Below, piece after piece: positions 24,455 through 34,606 of a stretch of 64,000 nt of DNA. A program made the translations under genes and the position numbers. A model generated the notes under the pieces. The model was given only the letters and a program-made list of their open reading frames with translations. It did no database searches and had not been told where the DNA came from. Source of the DNA: Armatimonadota bacterium (GTDB taxonomy: Bacteria > Armatimonadota > UBA5829 > DTLH01); the NCBI GenBank assembly GCA_038207085.1, contig JBBRAE010000003.1, positions 96,001 to 160,000 of the forward strand. The letters run 5' to 3'. Within the stretch, counting starts at the first letter, position 1. Every line of letters starts with the position of its first letter.

Positions 24455-25540
24455 CTAGCCAACGGATTGCGCTACCTCCTGGATTATGTTTACTATTTCT
24501 TTTGCAGCGTCCGGTTTACCCAGCGATTTGCTCTTCTCGGCCATAACGGTGAGCTTCGCGGTGTCGGCGAAGAGTGAGAGAATGAGGTCGGCGAGCCCGT
24601 CGGACGAAAGCGCACTCTCCATCATTATAGCAGCACCGCCGGCATTTGCCACAGCTTCTGCATTTTTTGTCTGATGATCGGCGTGCGCAAACGGGTATGG
24701 CACGAAAATCGCCGGGAGCCCACGCACTGTGATCTCAGCGATGGTCGACGCGCCGCTTCTCGATACGACCAGGTCTGACGCTGAGTACGCAGCCGACATG
24801 TCGTCCATATACGGCGCGACGACGTAACCCTTGGACTGGGGCCGCTTAGCCATCACGTCGCCGTAGTTTTTGGAGCCTGTCAGGTGAAGCACCTGGATGC
24901 CTCGCGCAAGGAGCCTAGGAGCCGCCTCGATCACCGAATCGTTCAGCCGCCGCGCACCCTGGCTTCCACCGGTTACTAGCACGACGGGTTTATCAGGAGC
25001 TAGACCAAGCAACGCCCGCGCCTCGCGTTTGTCGACGCCCGTGACGATGGACGGCCGCACTGGAAGCCCCGTAAGCGACGTTTTCCCATCGGGGAAACTC
25101 GATGTCGAATCTTGAAATGTGACGCAGACCCGCTTTGCGATCTTGGCGAGTAGAAGGTTCGTCCTGCCTGGAACCGAGTTTTGTTCGTGAATGACCACGG
25201 GGAGCCCGCGAAGCTTCGCCGCGAGCAGGACGCCCGCGCTCGTATAGCCGCCGGTTCCAACTACCACATCGGGCCGGAACTCGCCGAGCAGAGAGAAGGC
25301 TTTCACCGTCCCGAGGGCGAGCTTCAACATCGACTTGGCGGTGCGAAGCGACATCCCCGTGACGGGCCCGCTTGGGACCGACTTGAAGGGCACACCTTCA
25401 AGGCCCGCAAGCCTGCCTTCGGGGCCGTGCTGGCTACCGACGAACAGAAGTTCCGCGCCGCGTTCCCTTAGCTGCCGGGCGATACTCAGTGCAGGATAGA
25501 TATGCCCGCCTGTCCCGCCTCCTGTGACGACTACTCTCAT
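24455..25540 (-). CDS. murG: Undecaprenyl-PP-MurNAc-pentapeptide GlcNAc transferase
   Basis: GGGTGGHIYP, GTGGY, HEQN, GGSQGA, RSGASTIAE, HQTKNA; start at ATG 25540. Confidence 0.97.
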   Translation of the reverse strand: MRVVVTGGGTGGHIYPALSIARQLRERGAELLFVGSQHGPEGRLAGLEGVPFKSVPSGPVTGMSLRTAKSMLKLALGTVKAFSLLGEFRPDVVVGTGGYTSAGVLLAAKLRGLPVVIHEQNSVPGRTNLLLAKIAKRVCVTFQDSTSSFPDGKTSLTGLPVRPSIVTGVDKREARALLGLAPDKPVVLVTGGSQGARRLNDSVIEAAPRLLARGIQVLHLTGSKNYGDVMAKRPQSKGYVVAPYMDDMSAAYSASDLVVSRSGASTIAEITVRGLPAIFVPYPFAHADHQTKNAEAVANAGGAAIMMESALSSDGLADLILSLFADTAKLTVMAEKSKSLGKPDAAKEIVNIIQEVAQSVG

Positions 25541-26663
25541 GTTCCCCCTGTTCGGGTTCCTCCATTTTCTCTTCTGTGTGACGCGACACCGAAAGCACGA
25601 TCCCGACGCCAAAGAGCATAATAATCAGGTGCGATCCGCCGTAACTGATGAACGGAAGCGGCACACCGGTCGCGGGGATGGACGAGGTGATCACAGCTAT
25701 GTTCACCAGCGCCTGAAACGCGATCATCGAAGTGATCCCAAGCGCGAGCAGGCTCATATACGGCGACTTCGCCTTGTGCGCAATCGAAAGCCCGCGTGCG
25801 GCAAACCATACGAAAAGCCCAAGTAGCGCGACCATTCCGATGAACCCGAACTCCTCGCCAAGCGTCGCCCCTATCATATCGGTCTGAGGCGCGGGGATGT
25901 AGAACTTCTCCCGCCCCTCGCAAAACCCGAGCCCGCTGAAACCGCCCGTCGCAAGCGCGAAGAGCGAGTGGGAAATCTGATACCCTCCACCGTTGTACGA
26001 AGCGAGCGGGTTGATAAACGACGCAAGCCTTGCAAGCCGGTAGGGCTCGACCGCGATCATCAACGCGCCAAGCGCTGCACCCACGCCACCAAGCGCGAGC
26101 ATATGCCGCTTCTTCACTCCTGCGACGAAGAGCATCACGGCGGTTGTGAGCGCGGCGACGGTCGCCGTCCCGAGGTCTTCGATCACCACCAGCCCGACTA
26201 TAAACACGATCGGGATAAGCGACCTTACGAGCCTTTCAGGGTTTCTGATGCGCAGACCCTTGTTGGCAAGCTCGTCGGCGAGGTAAAGTACGAGAGCGAG
26301 CTTTGCAACCTCGGAAGGCTGCAAGTGAAACGGGCCGATCGGAATCCAGCGCGACGAGCCCGCGATCGACTTGCCTATACCAGGGACCATTACAAACGCA
26401 AGGAGCAGCACAGAGCCCCACAAGAATGTCGTCGTAATCGTCCTGAAAAACTTGGGATGAAGGTTTGCGCCGAGCAGAAGAGCCAGCCCGCCGGCTACGG
26501 CATATATGACCTGCAGCTTGACGTAGTGCCACGCGTCGCCGGTCTTGAGGTCAGCGGCACGGGCGAAGCTTGAGTCAAAAACAAGCCACACACCTACCAC
26601 GACAAGAACCATCGTGAGAGTCAGGAACAGATAGTCAAACGACTGCTTTCGGCGGTTGTTCAT
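25434..26663 (-). CDS. ftsW: SEDS peptidoglycan polymerase FtsW
   Basis: SRWIPIG, QPSEVAK, DLGT, GYQ, TDMI...EEFG, TGVPLPFISYGGS; lies between murD and murG. Confidence 0.95.
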   Translation of the reverse strand: MNNRRKQSFDYLFLTLTMVLVVVGVWLVFDSSFARAADLKTGDAWHYVKLQVIYAVAGGLALLLGANLHPKFFRTITTTFLWGSVLLLAFVMVPGIGKSIAGSSRWIPIGPFHLQPSEVAKLALVLYLADELANKGLRIRNPERLVRSLIPIVFIVGLVVIEDLGTATVAALTTAVMLFVAGVKKRHMLALGGVGAALGALMIAVEPYRLARLASFINPLASYNGGGYQISHSLFALATGGFSGLGFCEGREKFYIPAPQTDMIGATLGEEFGFIGMVALLGLFVWFAARGLSIAHKAKSPYMSLLALGITSMIAFQALVNIAVITSSIPATGVPLPFISYGGSHLIIMLFGVGIVLSVSRHTEEKMEEPEQGEHESSRHRRRDRRAYLSCTEYRPAAKGTRRGTSVRR

Positions 26664-28055
26664 CTAATCACCTTGCCCTGTAGAGGCTCTATGTCGGACT
26701 GCGGCCTTGAAGACCTCGCCTCTCTCCTCGAAATTCCTGAACATATCAAAGCTCGCACAGCCCGGCGCAAGCATCACCGTGTCCCCGGACTCCGCGACAA
26801 GCGATGCCTTGGCGACGGCGTCGTTCATATCTGCAGCGTGCGTGATGTCGCCAAACCCGGTCGCGCGAACGGCCTCTTCGATCTCATCCACGCTTGCGCC
26901 GATCAGAACGAGGTGCTTTGCCCGCGAGCTTACGACCTCGGCAAGCGGTGAGAGGTCCCCACCCTTGTGCTTGCCGCCCGCGATCACGACGGGACGACCA
27001 TTGACGGCCTCAACCGATCGGACGAACGCTTCCACATTGGTACACATCGAGTTGTTGATGTAGTCTACGCCGCCGATCTTCGCGACCCACTCCATCCTGT
27101 GGACGACTCCAGTGAACTCATGGAGCGCCTTTTGTATGCTCTCAGGCCTCACGCCAAAGGCAATCGCGCCGAGACATGCGGCCAAAACGTTCTCCTGGTT
27201 GTGCTCGCCGGGGAGCCTTATGTCGGTGATCGAACACGCGACGGTCTCGGTGTCCCCGATTCGGACCACAACTCGCTCCCCATCGATAAACGCCCCATGC
27301 TCCACATTCTCTTTACGCGAAAAGTAGAGCTTGTGTCCGCCGACGTCTTCGGTGCGGGAGCGGACGGGTTCGTTGTCCAGATTGATGACGGAGTAGTCTT
27401 CACCGGTCTGGTGCTCGAAGATTCTCACCTTGAGCGCGGCGTATTCTTCCTGGGTGTGGCGGTCGATGTGGTCGGCGCCGATGTTCAGGAGCATCGCGAC
27501 TTTCGGCTTGAAGCTCGTGATCCACTCCAGCTGAAAGGTGCTGATCTCAGCGACGATGACGCCGTCTGCAGAAGCTTTGTGTGCGGCAGTCACGAGAGGC
27601 ACACCGATATCCCCCGCAGCGACGTTTCCGGCGATGTACGCCTCGCGCCCATCGGCCTGGAGCATCCGGCCCGTAAGCACTGTGGTCGTCGTCTTGCCGT
27701 TGGTGCCGGTGATTGCGATAATCGGGGCTTTTGCGATTCTGTAGGCAAGCTCGATCTCTGAGACAACTTCGACCCCTCGTGCAACGGCGTCTTTGAACAT
27801 GTGCGCCGTCGCTGGAACGCCGGGGCTTGGGATCAATAGATCGATGCCGTCGAAGTCAACGCCCGGATGCCCCACCCGCGCCTCAACGCCGAGGCGCTTG
27901 GCCTCGCCGAGTTCGCGCCCGAGCTCGTGTGGGTTCTTTCGGTCAAAGAGTATGGGGGTCGCGCCAAGGTCTACTAGCACGCGTGCGCATGCCATGCCCG
28001 TTCGTGCCATGCCGACTACGGCGATTGTTTTTTCACTCAAACTGGACTCTGTCAA
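26664..28055 (-). CDS. murD: UDP-MurNAc-L-Ala--D-glutamate ligase
   Basis: GMARTG, SPGVP, ITGTNGKTTT, EISTFQL, DHIDRH, PGCASFDMF; probable TTG start at 28055 overlapping the mraY stop. Confidence 0.95.
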   Translation of the reverse strand: MTESSLSEKTIAVVGMARTGMACARVLVDLGATPILFDRKNPHELGRELGEAKRLGVEARVGHPGVDFDGIDLLIPSPGVPATAHMFKDAVARGVEVVSEIELAYRIAKAPIIAITGTNGKTTTTVLTGRMLQADGREAYIAGNVAAGDIGVPLVTAAHKASADGVIVAEISTFQLEWITSFKPKVAMLLNIGADHIDRHTQEEYAALKVRIFEHQTGEDYSVINLDNEPVRSRTEDVGGHKLYFSRKENVEHGAFIDGERVVVRIGDTETVACSITDIRLPGEHNQENVLAACLGAIAFGVRPESIQKALHEFTGVVHRMEWVAKIGGVDYINNSMCTNVEAFVRSVEAVNGRPVVIAGGKHKGGDLSPLAEVVSSRAKHLVLIGASVDEIEEAVRATGFGDITHAADMNDAVAKASLVAESGDTVMLAPGCASFDMFRNFEERGEVFKAAVRHRASTGQGD

Positions 28056-29068
28056 TGATATCCCCAATTCCAATACAGAAGCGCAATCGCGGCAAAGACT
28101 ACGCCTGCGATCCAGAATCTTACTACAACCGTCTGCTCGGGCCAACCCGAGAGCTCAAAGTGATGATGAACCGGACTCATCTTAAAGACACGTCTGCCGG
28201 TGCCTGTTCTGATCCGGGTATACTTAAAGACCGCCCATTGAAGAGCCGAAGAGAGACCATCGAGGATAAAGACCATCCCAGCGATGATCAACACAACCTC
28301 AAACTTGCCAACAATAGCCAACGCCGGAAAGATGACGCCGAGCGCAAGCGAGCCGGTGTCCCCCATAAAGACTTTCGCCGGTTTGAAGTTATACCAAAGA
28401 AACCCAAGACACGCTCCCGCAATAGCCGGAAACATCATGCCATAGGCACTAAGTGTAAGCCCTGCGGTAAAAAACAGCGCTATCGCCAGAATGGCGGCAA
28501 GGCCTGCGGCAAGGCCGTCGAGGCCGTCGGTGATGTTGACGAAGTTCGCCATCCCCGTGATAAACAGCACTGCAAGCGGCGCATACGCCCAACCTAGATC
28601 CACCCGCAGGCCTCTTCCGAGTTCGACTACGGTGTTCATCTGCCCCGTCGAGGCAAGATAGGCGACGAAACCGACAGCGGCGATCAACTGCAGCAGAAAC
28701 TTCGGTTTGCTCCCGATGCCGCGCCTGCCGTTCCTGGGCCGGATGGTCAGCCAGTCGTCCGCCGCGCCAAGAAGCGCGTACACCAGAACAAGGGCAACAA
28801 CTGCGTCATAGGGGGTGAAGCCGCCAAAACCGCCAGGTCTCATAAATAGCACGCGATTAGTGACTACGGGAATGAAAAAGCCGATCAGGATGATGATGCC
28901 ACCCATTGCCGGAGTCCCGGCCTTTGAAGCGTGCGACTCTGGTCCCTCGCTCTGAATCACCTGACCAGCTTTCGCGCGCCTGAGCCGGGCAATGACCAAA
29001 GGGCCGACTGCAAGCGATATCACAAATGCAACGATGAATATAAACGAATAGAACGCCAGCCCCATCAC
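28052..29068 (-). CDS. mraY: Phospho-N-acetylmuramoyl-pentapeptide transferase
   Basis: KAGTPAMGG, NFVNITDGLDGL, PAKVFMGDTGS, PVHHHFE. Confidence 0.97.
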   Translation of the reverse strand: MMGLAFYSFIFIVAFVISLAVGPLVIARLRRAKAGQVIQSEGPESHASKAGTPAMGGIIILIGFFIPVVTNRVLFMRPGGFGGFTPYDAVVALVLVYALLGAADDWLTIRPRNGRRGIGSKPKFLLQLIAAVGFVAYLASTGQMNTVVELGRGLRVDLGWAYAPLAVLFITGMANFVNITDGLDGLAAGLAAILAIALFFTAGLTLSAYGMMFPAIAGACLGFLWYNFKPAKVFMGDTGSLALGVIFPALAIVGKFEVVLIIAGMVFILDGLSSALQWAVFKYTRIRTGTGRRVFKMSPVHHHFELSGWPEQTVVVRFWIAGVVFAAIALLYWNWGYH

Positions 29069-30423
29069 TTGAGCGCCTCCACGACTTTTTCCATCTTCAT
29101 CCCGCGCGAGCCCTTCACAAGCACCAAATCCCCAGACTGAACACGAGTCTTTAGCAGTTCAGCCGCATCGTCGCTCGTCTTGACCTGCACGATCTCGCCC
29201 GTAAAGCCAGATGTATGCGCGCCTGTTGCGATCGCCTGACCGAGGTCGCCCACGGTCACGAGCACCGATATCCCGGACTCTGCCGCGACTTTGCCGACTG
29301 CGCGGTGCGTCGTCCCGGCGAAGTCACCGAGCTCGAGCATGTCGCCGAGCACTGCTATTCGACGCTGTGCGTCCATCGAGGCCAGGGTGCGAAGGGCGGC
29401 GTCCATCGAGGCGGGACTTGCGTTGTAGGTGTCGTCGATTATCCGGTAGCCGCCTGCAGTCTCGACCACGTTTGCGCGCTTGTCGCTTGCGGTCATCGAC
29501 TCAAGCGCCGAAGCGATCTCTCCCGCCGTCATGCCGAAACACAGGCCGACCGATATTGCGGCAAGCGCGTTTGTGACCATATGATCGCCGGGAAGCGGCA
29601 GATGAACGTCGAAACGCACGCCTCCGATGATGCCGGTGAAACTGGCGCAGCCGTCGGCGTCGATTGTCACGTTCTCCGCGCGCACATCGCCCGAGGCTCT
29701 GCCGTAGGATATTACCTGCGCGGCGCTTTTGTTCTTCAGTCGCTCAAAATACTTGTCATCGGCGTTCAAGACCGCAATGCCATCGATTGGAAGCGCCTCG
29801 GCAAGCTCGCCCTTGGCGTCTGCGATGGCGTCCTGCGTCTCAAGCCGCTCGATGTGCGAGAGTCCGATGTTTGTTATCACACCGATCTCGGGGTGGACGA
29901 TATTGGCAAGCTCAGCAATCTCACCGGGCAGGCGCATCCCGACTTCCTGGACGAGTATCTGGTGTTCGTCGTTGAGTTGGAAGATCGTAAAAGGCACCCC
30001 GATTTCGTTGTTGAAGTTCCCCTCGTTCTTCAGCACGCAGAACTTGCTCCCGAGGACCGATGCGACCATCTCCTTGGTCGTCGTCTTACCGACGCTGCCG
30101 GTGATCGCGACGGAGCGCACGTTGAACGTGCGTCGATACCATGCCGCGAGGTTACCGAGCGCGACCAGAGTGTCATCGACCTTGATGATACTGCCGCGCG
30201 CATCGACTTCCCGCGACACGACGACTGCTCGAGCGCCCTTCTGAAAGGCAAGTGCGACGTAGTTGTGCCCGTCGCTGTTCTCGCCGACAAGTGCGAAGAA
30301 CAGGTCGCCTTGTGCAATCGTGCGGGAGTCGGTGGAGATCCCCGTGATCTCGCCGGCAGACTCGCCCATAACCAGTTCGCCGCCCATCGCGGCTATAGCG
30401 TCAGTCAGTGATATACGTTTCAT
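29065..30423 (-). CDS. murF: UDP-MurNAc-tripeptide--D-Ala-D-Ala ligase
   Basis: TDSR, ITGSVGKTTTKE, NNEIGVP, DDTYNASP, LGDMLELG, KGSRG; start at ATG 30423. Confidence 0.96.
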   Translation of the reverse strand: MKRISLTDAIAAMGGELVMGESAGEITGISTDSRTIAQGDLFFALVGENSDGHNYVALAFQKGARAVVVSREVDARGSIIKVDDTLVALGNLAAWYRRTFNVRSVAITGSVGKTTTKEMVASVLGSKFCVLKNEGNFNNEIGVPFTIFQLNDEHQILVQEVGMRLPGEIAELANIVHPEIGVITNIGLSHIERLETQDAIADAKGELAEALPIDGIAVLNADDKYFERLKNKSAAQVISYGRASGDVRAENVTIDADGCASFTGIIGGVRFDVHLPLPGDHMVTNALAAISVGLCFGMTAGEIASALESMTASDKRANVVETAGGYRIIDDTYNASPASMDAALRTLASMDAQRRIAVLGDMLELGDFAGTTHRAVGKVAAESGISVLVTVGDLGQAIATGAHTSGFTGEIVQVKTSDDAAELLKTRVQSGDLVLVKGSRGMKMEKVVEALK

Positions 30424-30439
30424 AACAGTTGTCAGTTTG

Positions 30440-30584
30440 TCAGATCCCCGATCGTTCGGGAGATTGCTCCCGAATGCAAAGAACAACGAGGACTTAAGTC
30501 CGGTGAGTCGACTTTAACCGACTGAGCGGGAGTGAACTCCCTTGCTGTTCTTTGTGTGCGCGATACACATCGCGCACGATCTGA
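30440..30584. other. Highly structured intergenic element between murE and murF (candidate ncRNA or MITE)
   Basis: Nested inverted repeats TCAGATC/GATCTGA, TTCGGGAG/CTCCCGAA, CAAAGAACAACGAGG/CCTTGCTGTTCTTTG, GTGCGCGAT/ATCGCGCAC. Confidence 0.45.
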
Positions 30585-30594
30585 TAGCTGAAAT

Positions 30595-32061
30595 CTATTT
30601 GACTCTCTTCCGTGCCTCAAGAACGTCCCTCGCGACCTCTCGGTCGTCGAAGTGGATCGTCTTGTCGGCGAAAATCTGATAGTTCTCGTGGCCCTTGCCG
30701 GCGATAACTACAATGTCGCCCTGCTCGGCTGAGCGTATCGCGTGGACAATGGCTTCGCGGCGGTCGACAATGACCTCGGGGCGGCTCTCAAGCGCGATTC
30801 CATCCAGAATATCTCGAATGATCGCCTCGGGCTCTTCTTTTCGGGGGTTGTCGCTTGTGACGATCACCATATCGGCGAGGTCGGAGGCGATCTTGCCCAT
30901 TTTCGGTCGCTTGCCCCGGTCGCGGTTGCCTCCGCAGCCGAAGACGACTATCAAACGGTTCTTTGTCAGGCTCTTTGCGGTTCTGAGCACGTTTTCAAGG
31001 CCGTCCGGGCTGTGCGCGTAGTCTACTACCACGCCAAAGTCCTGACCGCAGTCGACCGATTCGAAGCGTCCGACGACTTTGGGGCTCATGGCGAGGCCCT
31101 GGACAATCGTTACGAGGTCGATACCAAGCCCAAGGCACGCCGCAGCAGCCGAAAGGCCGTTGTAGGCGTTGAAATAGCCGCCAACAGGCACATACGCCCG
31201 CTCGGAGACTCCCCTGTAGGTAATATCGAGCGATACGCCCGACTCGCTTACCTCGATCTCTGAACCCATAACATCGGCAGGAGAATTGATGCCGTAGGTG
31301 ATGACCTCGCCAACGGTCGCGTCGATCACGGCCTGAGCGTAGGGGTCGTCGACGTTCACGGCGGCGACGAAACGCTTGCTTGAAAGCTTGGGATACTCTG
31401 AAAAAAGTGTGAGCTTGGTTGCAAAATAGTCTTCGAGCGTGCCGTGGAAATCGAGGTGGTCCTGGGTGAGGTTCGTAAAGACACCGCAGTCGAACTCACA
31501 GCCCGCTGTGCGCCCCTGCGCGAGCCCGTGGGAGGAGACCTCCATCGCGACGGCATCGACGCCACGGTCGACCATCTCGGCTAATACCTGCTGCAGGTCG
31601 GCTGACTCAGGGGTCGTGTGATCGGTCGGGAGGATCTCGTCTTCTATGCGAGTCCCGAGCGTTCCGACGAGCCCCGCCATGTTGCCCGCCGCGCGGAAGA
31701 TGCTTTGGATCAGGTGGGTGGCGGTCGTCTTGCCGTTGGTGCCGGTGACGCCGACCATCATCATCTTGCGGGTGGGATAATTGTAAAACCTTGCGGCAAG
31801 CTGGGGAAGCGCCTCGCGTCCGTTTGGAACGACTACAAAAGGCACATCAGCATCAATCTCACGCTCGGATACGATGGCCGCAGCGCCATTTGCAACGGCG
31901 TCTGCGATGAACTCGTGTCCGTCAAATGTCCCCCCGCAGAACGCTACAAAGAGCATTCCCGGCGCAACTTTTCGGGAATCGTAAGCGACTCCCGTGATCT
32001 CCACATCGTCGCCGCTCAATCTGGAAGCCCCGAGGGTTTCTATCAAATAAGACAAATGCAT
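30595..32061 (-). CDS. murE: UDP-MurNAc-dipeptide--meso-diaminopimelate ligase
   Basis: GVTGTNGKTT, TTPES, MEVSSH, DHLDFH, DYAHSPD, DNPR (mDAP-specific motif), AGKGHE; start at ATG 32061. Confidence 0.97.
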   Translation of the reverse strand: MHLSYLIETLGASRLSGDDVEITGVAYDSRKVAPGMLFVAFCGGTFDGHEFIADAVANGAAAIVSEREIDADVPFVVVPNGREALPQLAARFYNYPTRKMMMVGVTGTNGKTTATHLIQSIFRAAGNMAGLVGTLGTRIEDEILPTDHTTPESADLQQVLAEMVDRGVDAVAMEVSSHGLAQGRTAGCEFDCGVFTNLTQDHLDFHGTLEDYFATKLTLFSEYPKLSSKRFVAAVNVDDPYAQAVIDATVGEVITYGINSPADVMGSEIEVSESGVSLDITYRGVSERAYVPVGGYFNAYNGLSAAAACLGLGIDLVTIVQGLAMSPKVVGRFESVDCGQDFGVVVDYAHSPDGLENVLRTAKSLTKNRLIVVFGCGGNRDRGKRPKMGKIASDLADMVIVTSDNPRKEEPEAIIRDILDGIALESRPEVIVDRREAIVHAIRSAEQGDIVVIAGKGHENYQIFADKTIHFDDREVARDVLEARKRVK

Positions 32062-32218
32062 GGTTCTGTTGCTCTCGTAAATTATACTACCTATTGTGGA
32101 GACACCAAACGCCAAAAAGAAAAGGGGGCCGCACAGCACAGATAGGACTCGCCCAAAATTCCTAATTCCGGCACGCGCACGGCCCCAAGCTTCAATTCTA
32201 CAGTCGCAATTCTGTTCT

Positions 32219-32299
32219 TCAGCCCGCTTTATTCGCTTCACGAATAAAGCTTTCGCTAACAAAGCATTATTCACGCTACTCGTGAATAATGCGGGTTAG
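32219..32299. mobile_element. About 80-bp MITE/REP-like double-hairpin element, copy 2
   Basis: AGCCCGCTTTATTCG...CGTGAATAATGCGGGTT; matches 24371-24451. Confidence 0.6.
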
Positions 32300-32351
32300 A
32301 CCACTACGTTGGCCTTTGAATCAATATGGATACTCCTATTATAGAGCGATT

Positions 32352-32384
32352 GAAAATTGGGAAACCGGGTTTCCACGGTTTCCC
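32352..32384 (-). terminator. Putative terminator after ftsI
   Basis: GGGAAACCG...CGGTTTCCC followed by AATTTTC on the minus strand. Confidence 0.55.
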
Positions 32385-32436
32385 CTAAAGCCCTGGGGCT
32401 GATAGGCTGGGAACGGACTCGCCCAAGATTCCCTTC

Positions 32437-34227
32437 CTAGCCCGTATGTCCAGCCCCAAGTTTGACACGAACCTTGCGCGCGCTTTTGGCGCCTCCGGGA
32501 GAATCTTTCTCAACCGGCGCATCAGGGGGCACTTTGAGATACCACATCGCCTGTCGCCCGATCTCTTGAAAGACCGGAGCGGCGACCGTCGCTCCCCAGT
32601 GCGAGCCCTTCGGTTCGTCAACAACTACACAAATGACAAGTCTAGGCTTGCTCGCAGGCAAAAACCCCATAAACGAGGCCACGAACTTCCCTGCGGCGTA
32701 ACCCCTGCCCGTCGTGCTCGCCTTCTGAGCGCTTCCGGTCTTGCCGCCGACGGTGTACCCCGGCACCTGGGCCGACTTCCCCGTGCCATCGTCGACGCAT
32801 CCGATAAGCATATCGGTCGCAACTCGGGTCGTCTCGGGAGAAAGCACCCTGCGAACGACCACAGGCCTAAACGGCTCGACAACAGTGCCGTCAGAGCTTC
32901 TGATTTCTCGGATCAGTCGCGGCTTCATAAGGTTTCCGCCATTTGCGACCGCTCCGTAGGCACACGCCATCTGAAGCGCTGAGACCGACACACCCTGCCC
33001 GAACCCTATGTTCGCAAGCTGCATCATGCTCCAGGTCTCGGGGTCCGGCAGCGGATAATACGCCGCTCCAGACATCCCTATATCAGGACGGTCCAAAAGA
33101 CCGAAGGCCTTTTCATACTCGTAAAGCTTCTCAGCACCGAGCCTTCTTGCGATATTCGCCGCCCCGATGTTGCAGGAGTAGCGAATCACTTTATACATGT
33201 CCGTCGCGCCGTGTCCCGCCATATACGGGTGGTGCAGCGAACAGTGAATCTTCCTGTTTCCGATCGGCATACCGCTTGATGAGCAGTTCGCAATGATCTG
33301 CCTCGGCGGAATCCCTTCCTCAATGCCAGCGGCGACCGTCATAAGCTTGAGCGTCGAGCCGGGCTCGTAAAGGTCCTTGATAGCCCGCAGCCTGCACTGC
33401 TCGGGTTTGAGCCCCTTGCGGTTGTTCGGATCAAACGTCGGGTAGTTCGCAAGTGCGAGAATCTCACCGGTTTTCGGATCCATAACAAGCGCCGTCGCAC
33501 CCGCAGGCTTGTAGGTGTCGCAGGTCTTCGCGAGCGCCTGTTCAGCGATGTGCTGCAGATAGGCGTCGATTGTGAGGACTACATCCTTGCCGTCCTCTTT
33601 GTCCTGCGTCCTTCGCCTGGTCTCGGGGATGATCCTTCCCCGGCTGTCGATTTCGGCAATAGTATAGCCGTCGCGCCCCGCCAAGTATCGGTCAGCGGCC
33701 TGCTCGACCCCTTCCTGGCCCCGGCCATTGCGGCCGGTAAACCCAAGAATCGCCGCACCAAGCGAGCCACAAGCGTAAACCCGCCTGGGTTCGCGCTCCG
33801 TGCCGACCTCTGCGATGCCCTCTTTTTCGATCTTGTCCTTTACATCAGCCGGGAACTGGTGGCCGATGTAGACAAAAGACCTGTTATCTGCAAGAAGCCC
33901 GCTCACCTGTACAAGGTCGAGCCCAGTGATCGATGCAAGCTTGCCGGCGGCCTCTTCCTTGTCCTTGATCTTCCTCGGGTGCGCGTAAACGGCGTATCCC
34001 GGAAGGTTAACGGCGAGTTCGCGCCCGGTACGATCTCGGATGATGCCGCGGCTCGCGACTATCGGGCGCTTTCGCACCCTGATTTCCTGCGCCCGCTCAC
34101 GATAAGGGCCAGGATTGATAACCTGAATATAAAACGCACGAAGAGCGATCAGCCCGAAGAGGAAAGCGAAGAGGACAAGCGTGAGTTCCGTTCGCTTCTT
34201 CAGCACTTTGCCACGTCTAAGCGCCAT
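32437..34227 (-). CDS. ftsI: Class B penicillin-binding protein (FtsI/SpoVD-like)
   Basis: RGIIRDR, YEPGSTLK (SxxK), SCN, KTGSAQ; dcw position. Confidence 0.9.
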   Translation of the reverse strand: MALRRGKVLKKRTELTLVLFAFLFGLIALRAFYIQVINPGPYRERAQEIRVRKRPIVASRGIIRDRTGRELAVNLPGYAVYAHPRKIKDKEEAAGKLASITGLDLVQVSGLLADNRSFVYIGHQFPADVKDKIEKEGIAEVGTEREPRRVYACGSLGAAILGFTGRNGRGQEGVEQAADRYLAGRDGYTIAEIDSRGRIIPETRRRTQDKEDGKDVVLTIDAYLQHIAEQALAKTCDTYKPAGATALVMDPKTGEILALANYPTFDPNNRKGLKPEQCRLRAIKDLYEPGSTLKLMTVAAGIEEGIPPRQIIANCSSSGMPIGNRKIHCSLHHPYMAGHGATDMYKVIRYSCNIGAANIARRLGAEKLYEYEKAFGLLDRPDIGMSGAAYYPLPDPETWSMMQLANIGFGQGVSVSALQMACAYGAVANGGNLMKPRLIREIRSSDGTVVEPFRPVVVRRVLSPETTRVATDMLIGCVDDGTGKSAQVPGYTVGGKTGSAQKASTTGRGYAAGKFVASFMGFLPASKPRLVICVVVDEPKGSHWGATVAAPVFQEIGRQAMWYLKVPPDAPVEKDSPGGAKSARKVRVKLGAGHTG

Positions 34228-34236
34228 GGCGTCCTC

Positions 34237-34602
34237 CTACTCGACCTTTGCTATCCGTGTGCTCTCCTGTCCGCCGATAAAGACCGATTGCACACTCGGG
34301 GCCATCCCCGCACTTATGGCAGCGGAGGAAAGTCTTCCGGGGCTCGAAAGCATCTGTATCTCGGTCGTCAGAGACGCATTCTCTGCCTCGGCCTGACGTA
34401 TCTGCTTCTGAAGCGCCGCAGTGTTGTAGCCGCAGCGTGTAACCTGAGCATACATACCAATGTAGCAAAACGGGCCGACGAGCCCGACAATCGATGCCAC
34501 AACACCCAAAATCGCCGTTTTGCGCTTTCTCTTCAGTCTACGCTGCGACCTCGGTGTCGATGGCGGACTCTGATATTCGATTTTTGCTGCAACTGCGGCC
34601 AT
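34237..34602 (-). CDS. ftsL: Cell division protein FtsL-like
   Basis: Basic N-terminus, single TM, coiled coil, LSSPGRL...AGM; lies between rsmH and ftsI; start at ATG 34602. Confidence 0.7.
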   Translation of the reverse strand: MAAVAAKIEYQSPPSTPRSQRRLKRKRKTAILGVVASIVGLVGPFCYIGMYAQVTRCGYNTAALQKQIRQAEAENASLTTEIQMLSSPGRLSSAAISAGMAPSVQSVFIGGQESTRIAKVE

Positions 34603-34606
34603 TTGA

